Source: Spirochaetales bacterium (GTDB lineage Bacteria > Spirochaetota > Spirochaetia > JABEVK01). Taken from it: a DNA stretch of 10,380 nucleotides. A program made the position numbers and the translations under genes. Within the stretch, counting starts at the first letter, position 1. Each line of letters opens with the position of its first letter. Location: NCBI GenBank assembly GCA_037142615.1, contig JBAXAI010000060.1:1-10380 (forward strand). The letters are read 5' to 3'. Under the pieces are notes generated by a model. It saw only the letters and a program-made list of their open reading frames with translations, did not search any database and was not told the origin of the DNA. Shown here piece by piece: positions 6,409 to 10,380 of the stretch.

Positions 6409-7410
6409 TCAGCGAAGCGGAAAGCGCAGTTTGACGCGGGTTCCCTTGCCGGCAGGACTTTCGATTTCGACAGTTCCACCGTGCTCGGTGACAATGCGCT
6501 GCACGATGGCCAGGCCCAACCCCGCCCCGTCGGGGCTGCTGCTGCGCGCCTGGTCGGCCCGGTAGAGCGGGTCCAGCACATGAGGCAAGTCCTCGGGTGA
6601 AATTCCCATGCCGTCGTCAACGACCAGCACCTGAGCGGCGTCCCGGCTCACCGTCAGCGACACCTCAACCCGGCCACCGGCCAGTGTGTAGCGCAGCGAA
6701 TTGCCCAGAACGTTGACCAGGGCCCGCTCCACGGCCGGAGCATCCAGCGGCACCAGCACCGGTGGCGAGGGAGCCCACTGGAGGGTCAAACTTTTTTCGC
6801 GAGCGGGGCCGTCGAGCCGCTGCACAACGGTTCCCACCAGGTCGGCCAAGTCGTGGGGCTCGCGCCGCAGCTCCTGCTTTCCTTCGAGTGCGAGCAGCAG
6901 CAGGTCCTCGACCATCCTCGACATCCGGTCGACTTCCTCGAGCGAACTGAGCAGCACCTGGCGCGCCTCCTCCGGGGGAAGCTCAGCCTGGCGCAAAGCG
7001 ACTTCGGCTTCGGTGCGCAGCACTGCCAAAGGCGTCCGGAGGTCGTGAGCGGCGTTGGCAAAAAACTGCTGACGGGCCTCGACGGCCTGACGGATGGGGC
7101 GCAAAGTTCGTCCGGCCAAGTAGTAGCTCAGCAGCCCCGCCCCCAAAATAGTCAAGAGGTCGGTCAGCACAATCGACCGCGCCAGCCGCTCCAGGTAGTG
7201 TTCCAGCACCGTGTCTTGGGCCGTGGCCGGTTCCCTGGTGCCGAGCTCGCGCACTTCCTGCCCGTGCACGGTGTAGAGCGTCGAGCTCAAAAAGACCACC
7301 ACGATGGTCAGGATGATCAAGTACACCGAGGTGAGCCTCAGGCGGGCAATGACAAACGGATCAGCCCTTAAGGCAGTAACCCACGCCGCGAACCGTTTCG
7401 ATGAACTCAT
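6409..7410 (-). CDS. Sensor histidine kinase with a very short extracytoplasmic loop (TCS2)
   Basis: 333 aa. Two TM helices about 30 aa apart. H-box ANAAHDLRTPL, N-box NVLGNSLRYT, G1 DDGMGI, G2 GAGLGLAIV. The start is uncertain because it overlaps the regulator gene by 50 nt. Confidence 0.92.
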   Translation of the reverse strand: MSSSKRFAAWVTALRADPFVIARLRLTSVYLIILTIVVVFLSSTLYTVHGQEVRELGTREPATAQDTVLEHYLERLARSIVLTDLLTILGAGLLSYYLAGRTLRPIRQAVEARQQFFANAAHDLRTPLAVLRTEAEVALRQAELPPEEARQVLLSSLEEVDRMSRMVEDLLLLALEGKQELRREPHDLADLVGTVVQRLDGPAREKSLTLQWAPSPPVLVPLDAPAVERALVNVLGNSLRYTLAGGRVEVSLTVSRDAAQVLVVDDGMGISPEDLPHVLDPLYRADQARSSSPDGAGLGLAIVQRIVTEHGGTVEIESPAGKGTRVKLRFPLR

Positions 7411-8065
7411 TTTGCTTGCCCCCCGCCGGCCGCAGCCGCTCCACTTTCTTGCGCAGGTTCTTCACGTGCACATCGACCACGTTGCTGGCCCCATCGAACT
7501 CAAAGTCCCACAGGTTGTTGACAATCTGCACCCGCGAGAACACTTGGCCGGGGTGGCGCATGAGCAATTCCAGCAGACGGAATTCCTTGAGGGTGAGGCC
7601 GGCATCGCGGCCCGAAACCGTGGCCGTGAGGGTCACCGCGTTGAGTTCGACGTCGGCAAGCCTGAGCACTCCCGTGGGAGCCTCCAGCGGAGGACGACGG
7701 AGCAGAGCCCGCAGGCGCGCCGAAAGCTCGTCAAAGGCGAAAGGCTTGGCCAGGTAGTCGTCGGCACCGGCGTCGAGGCCTTTTACGCGGTCGGACACCT
7801 CGTCGCGGGCCGTGAGCATCAGAATGGGAAGGCGGACATCGGCCTTGCGCCAGCGGCGGCACAGCTCCAAGCCGTCCAAGTGGGGAAGCATCAGGTCGAG
7901 GACGATGGCGTCGAACCCCTCACCCGACGTGCGCTGCGCGCGGAGCAAGACGTCGAGAGCTTCTTCCCCGTCTTGGCACACCTCGACGACGGCTCCGTCG
8001 GCCATGAGGCCCTTCTTGATCGAGAGGGCGAGTTTCACGTTGTCTTCGACGACGAAGATCTTCAT
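7361..8065 (-). CDS. OmpR/PhoB-family response regulator (TCS2)
   Basis: ATG at 8065 (MKIFVVEDN) gives 234 aa. Motifs IVLDLMLPHLDG, ILMLTARD, GLDAGADDYLAKPF, SNVVDVHVKNLRKKV, IETVRGVGY. Confidence 0.95.
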   Translation of the reverse strand: MKIFVVEDNVKLALSIKKGLMADGAVVEVCQDGEEALDVLLRAQRTSGEGFDAIVLDLMLPHLDGLELCRRWRKADVRLPILMLTARDEVSDRVKGLDAGADDYLAKPFAFDELSARLRALLRRPPLEAPTGVLRLADVELNAVTLTATVSGRDAGLTLKEFRLLELLMRHPGQVFSRVQIVNNLWDFEFDGASNVVDVHVKNLRKKVERLRPAGGKQNEFIETVRGVGYCLKG

Positions 8066-8071
8066 GACAAC

Positions 8072-8100
8072 AGTATGGACCACAAAGCGGCCCCCGCGAA
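8072..8100 (-). promoter_or_regulatory. Candidate promoter giving a leaderless TCS2 transcript
   Basis: TTCGCG (8095-8100), 17 nt, CATACT (8072-8077), 6 nt, ATG (8065). No Shine-Dalgarno sequence. Confidence 0.5.
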
Positions 8101-8127
8101 GACTCCGCGGAGACAACTTCGTAGGCG

Positions 8128-8304
8128 CTAGGCGGTCGTGTTGACCTTGGTGCCTTGGTACGACTTCAGCGACACCCGGGAGCCGGCGTCGTCGGAATCA
8201 CCGTCACGATCGGCAACCGCCTTGGACTCTCCGGCTTCCGGACCGGAGGGAGGTGCGGCCGGCCTTGCGAGGGGCGGCGTGGGCAGATCAGAAGAGATGG
8301 TCAT
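8128..8304 (-). CDS. Small, probably disordered protein (58 aa) with an acidic DRDGDSDD motif and a C-terminal GTKVNTTA
   Basis: RBS AAGGAG lies 5 nt before ATG at 8304. A 5' hairpin GAAGGGA-N4-TCCCTTC (8316-8333) and regulator box B lie upstream. Confidence 0.7.
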   Translation of the reverse strand: MTISSDLPTPPLARPAAPPSGPEAGESKAVADRDGDSDDAGSRVSLKSYQGTKVNTTA

Positions 8305-8339
8305 AAGAACTCCTTGAAGGGAATACTCCCTTCGTTTAC

Positions 8340-8372
8340 AGCCTCGGCAGCCAACATGAAGCTGGCATGAAG
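8340..8372 (-). promoter_or_regulatory. Response-regulator box B (11-bp-period direct repeat) and -10-like element upstream of the 58-aa gene
   Basis: CTTCATG-ccag-CTTCATG (8366-8372, 8355-8361), 9 nt, then GAGGCT (8340-8345). Confidence 0.7.
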
Positions 8373-8468
8373 TTGAACCGACAAACGCGTGCCAACTCTG
8401 GTTTGATCTTGGCACGATCCTTGCTTTGTCAGGGACGGCAATCGTGGAATGAAATAGGAGGCGAGGCG

Positions 8469-8615
8469 ATGGGACGCGGTTATGATGTCATGGGGGCGGC
8501 CACTTCGGCGGCGGGCCGGGGCGGCACGGACCCCCTGAACTGGTTGTGGACGCTGGTTTTCATCGGCGTGGCGGTCGTGCTGGTGCTGTGGGCCAGCAGC
8601 AAAAAGAAAAAGTAG
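8469..8615 (+). CDS. Small single-pass membrane protein (48 aa)
   Basis: Strong RBS TAGGAGG upstream of ATG at 8469. Sequence MGRGYDVMGAATSAAGRGGTDPLNWLWTLVFIGVAVVLVLWASSKKKK has one TM helix and a poly-Lys positive-inside tail. Confidence 0.65.
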   Translation: MGRGYDVMGAATSAAGRGGTDPLNWLWTLVFIGVAVVLVLWASSKKKK

Positions 8616-8687
8616 CGCGGGAAGAATTTGCCCGCGTGGTCTCTCGGGTGAGCGGTTTATTCCCGTCCTGGCGTTTGCCGGACCGTC

Positions 8688-8716
8688 TTGCCCCTGCCGA
8701 GCCTTCTTGATATCCT
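8688..8716 (+). promoter_or_regulatory. Sigma70-like promoter with extended -10, leaderless configuration
   Basis: TTGCCC (8688-8693), 17 nt, TATCCT (8711-8716) preceded by TGn, then 6 nt to ATG at 8723. Confidence 0.6.
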
Positions 8717-8722
8717 GAGTTA

Positions 8723-9146
8723 ATGCGTATGGTTTCAATCTTGAGCCTGACTTTTTTGGCCTCGCTCAGCCCACCCGCCTTGACGGCATCCGAGGTCCCC
8801 GGTTCAGCAATGCCTTCCATCGGCCCCTGGCTGCTCGACAAAAAGGGCGAGCCGGCCCACTGGCTGGGGCACAGCTTTCAGGGCAAGAAACTTTTCGAGC
8901 CCATCAATGTGGTATTTATCGACTCGTTTTCGTCCACCGCCGAAGAGGCCCAGGCCAAGCTGTTTCGGGCTGTCGACCGCGCTGGCTACGGGCTCGAGAT
9001 CGGTCATTCGTGTGGCTACCATGCGTTCATCGGGCAAAAGCTCTTCCCGCAGATTCCCCCCAAGGACGGAACTGCTTTTTCGAACGCCGAGGCGTTTCTG
9101 ACGAACAACCACGGCCGCATCATGGGCCCCTTGCAGTTCGGCAAAC
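8723..9146 (+). pseudogene. Secreted hypothetical protein, 3'-truncated by the IS91-like insertion
   Basis: Signal-peptide-like N-terminus and a globular region (IGPWLLD...EPINVVFID...GHSCGY...NNHGRIMGP). After ...QFGK the frame runs into the oriIS motif and becomes a Pro-rich low-complexity tail ending at 9277. Confidence 0.65.
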
Positions 9147-10380
9147 TGATAGGAACAGTGATCCCGGCGCAAGCCGTGGTTTTGGGCCGACCGGAGCCGA
9201 AATTGCCCCGGACATCGGCGAACTTGCCACCCGCAGTTCCCGAATCTGTTCCTGCAACCTCGGCAACGCCGAACTGAACCAATTTTGGGTGCGAACCACG
9301 GCGGATGTCAATCCCAAACCAGAATTGGGTCAGATAGCCCGAGAGGCTCGAGGCATAGCTCGCGCGAGGGTTGCAGAACTCACGAGTTGAAAAGTCGCAG
9401 GCACAACGGGAAATGGCAGTTCAAGCTTGGGGAATCGGCGGTCCACGTACCTCGGGCAAGGCCGGCTGTTGCTGGGCCGCCCATTCGATGATGGCCTTGA
9501 GCTTGACCGGGTCCTCGATCACCCCCACCACGACCATGGTTCCGCCGCACTTAGGGCAGAGGAACGGGTCGACCTCATAAACCTTCTTGAGCAGCCGAGC
9601 CCAGTTCTTCTTGCGTTGCCGGGACCAGGAGTCGGGAACTTCGGGGAGTTCGCTACTCTCGGGCCCGACCTCGGCAAGTTCGAGTCCAGTTTCGTGGGCC
9701 TTGGTCCAGCCCTCCGGGGCAAAGCGAGATATTTTTGGCAGTTCGGTCCACTTCGACCGGACTCGGCTGGAATAGATTCCATACCGACGAACCAGTTGCG
9801 CTCTGCGGGGCGGGAGGTGGGCGACAAGCTGGTCGACGAACTCGAACCCCTTGAAGGTCTCGACCTTTCCGTCAAAGAACCCGTTGGCACGGGCCGACCA
9901 AGTGACAACGTCGGCAGTGGAATCGTAGCTGATGCGTTGTTCACTGACGGCACCCCGAACGGCATACTGCCCCAATGCCTCCTTGGTTGGTTTGTCCAGC
10001 ATTCGGGTTTCGCTCTCAACGCTGAAACCAGAGTGGACCCATGACCGGATCATCGACACCCGGTCTTGGTCGATCAGTTTGTGCTTCAAGAACAAGGCCA
10101 AGATGGATTCCTGCCAAAGCTTGAGCAGGCCAGCGTCGCAACCCAAGGGTAGATAGACAAATCGGCCCCACTCGTCGAAACCTCCCTCCAGGACCAGAAC
10201 GTGCCAATGAGGGTGGAACCGTGCAAACTCTCCGAACGATTGGTAAGAGGAGACACACCCGCACAGAAGCTCCCGCTGAGCCGCCAGGCTGAAGAACCCC
10301 GACAGCAACTCGAAAATCAGCCTGCAGACCTCGCCGAATAGGCGCTTGTCGTTCTTGAAGTACGGCCTCAGAATCTTGGG
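9147..10380 (-). mobile_element. IS91/ISCR-family rolling-circle insertion sequence (partial; oriIS end at about 9147)
   Basis: HUH transposase gene, followed by 274 nt of non-coding DNA with short inverted repeats ending in ...CTGTTCCTATCA|GTTT. This has the TTCCTAT core typical of oriIS, next to a GTTC-like target. No terminal inverted repeats or target duplication, as expected for this family. Confidence 0.8.
9421..10380 (-). CDS. IS91/ISCR-family HUH transposase, 5'-partial
   Basis: Frame is open to the window edge (PKILRPYFKNDKRLFGEVCRLIFELLSGF...). HUH motif FHPHWHVLV, 'HSGFSV', catalytic-region LGQYAVR, 'VRRYGIYS', and C-terminal WARLLKKVYEVDPFLCPKCGGTM. Confidence 0.93.
   Translation of the reverse strand, partial: PKILRPYFKNDKRLFGEVCRLIFELLSGFFSLAAQRELLCGCVSSYQSFGEFARFHPHWHVLVLEGGFDEWGRFVYLPLGCDAGLLKLWQESILALFLKHKLIDQDRVSMIRSWVHSGFSVESETRMLDKPTKEALGQYAVRGAVSEQRISYDSTADVVTWSARANGFFDGKVETFKGFEFVDQLVAHLPPRRAQLVRRYGIYSSRVRSKWTELPKISRFAPEGWTKAHETGLELAEVGPESSELPEVPDSWSRQRKKNWARLLKKVYEVDPFLCPKCGGTMVVVGVIEDPVKLKAIIEWAAQQQPALPEVRGPPIPQA

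Noticed and set aside
8340-8372. Sigma28 promoter based on GCCGAG
   Set aside because: There is no TAAA-like -35 at the right spacing, and that position is occupied by the direct repeat.
1-10380. CRISPR array, tRNA, rRNA or recognisable riboswitch
   Set aside because: No repeat-spacer periodicity or RNA-gene motifs were seen, and intergenic gaps are short.

Overview
GC-rich bacterial window with mostly minus-strand genes. From left to right it holds: the 5' part of an ABC exporter gene (apparently broken at ~nt 61), divergent from a cupin-AraC regulator; a small exported OB-fold-like protein downstream of an OmpR-family/HisKA pair (TCS1); a short Bd0055-like bacterial histone-fold gene, split in this sequence by a 1-nt deletion and therefore mis-called by the ORF track; an extracytosolic flavinylation-type redox module (exported FMN-binding protein plus an RnfD/NqrB-like membrane domain fused to an FNR-type reductase, with no apbE in the window) downstream of a second two-component pair (TCS2); two small proteins; and a secreted-protein gene cut by the oriIS end of an IS91/ISCR-family rolling-circle element that runs off the right edge. 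Non-coding signals include two matching CTTCAT(C/G) 11-bp direct-repeat promoters that suggest a TCS2 regulon, a 22-bp-period repeat that may be the TCS1 site, three apparently leaderless genes, a possible outward promoter in the IS, and a possible second IS91-like end at the left edge. Family assignments come from motif recognition only; no searches were run.
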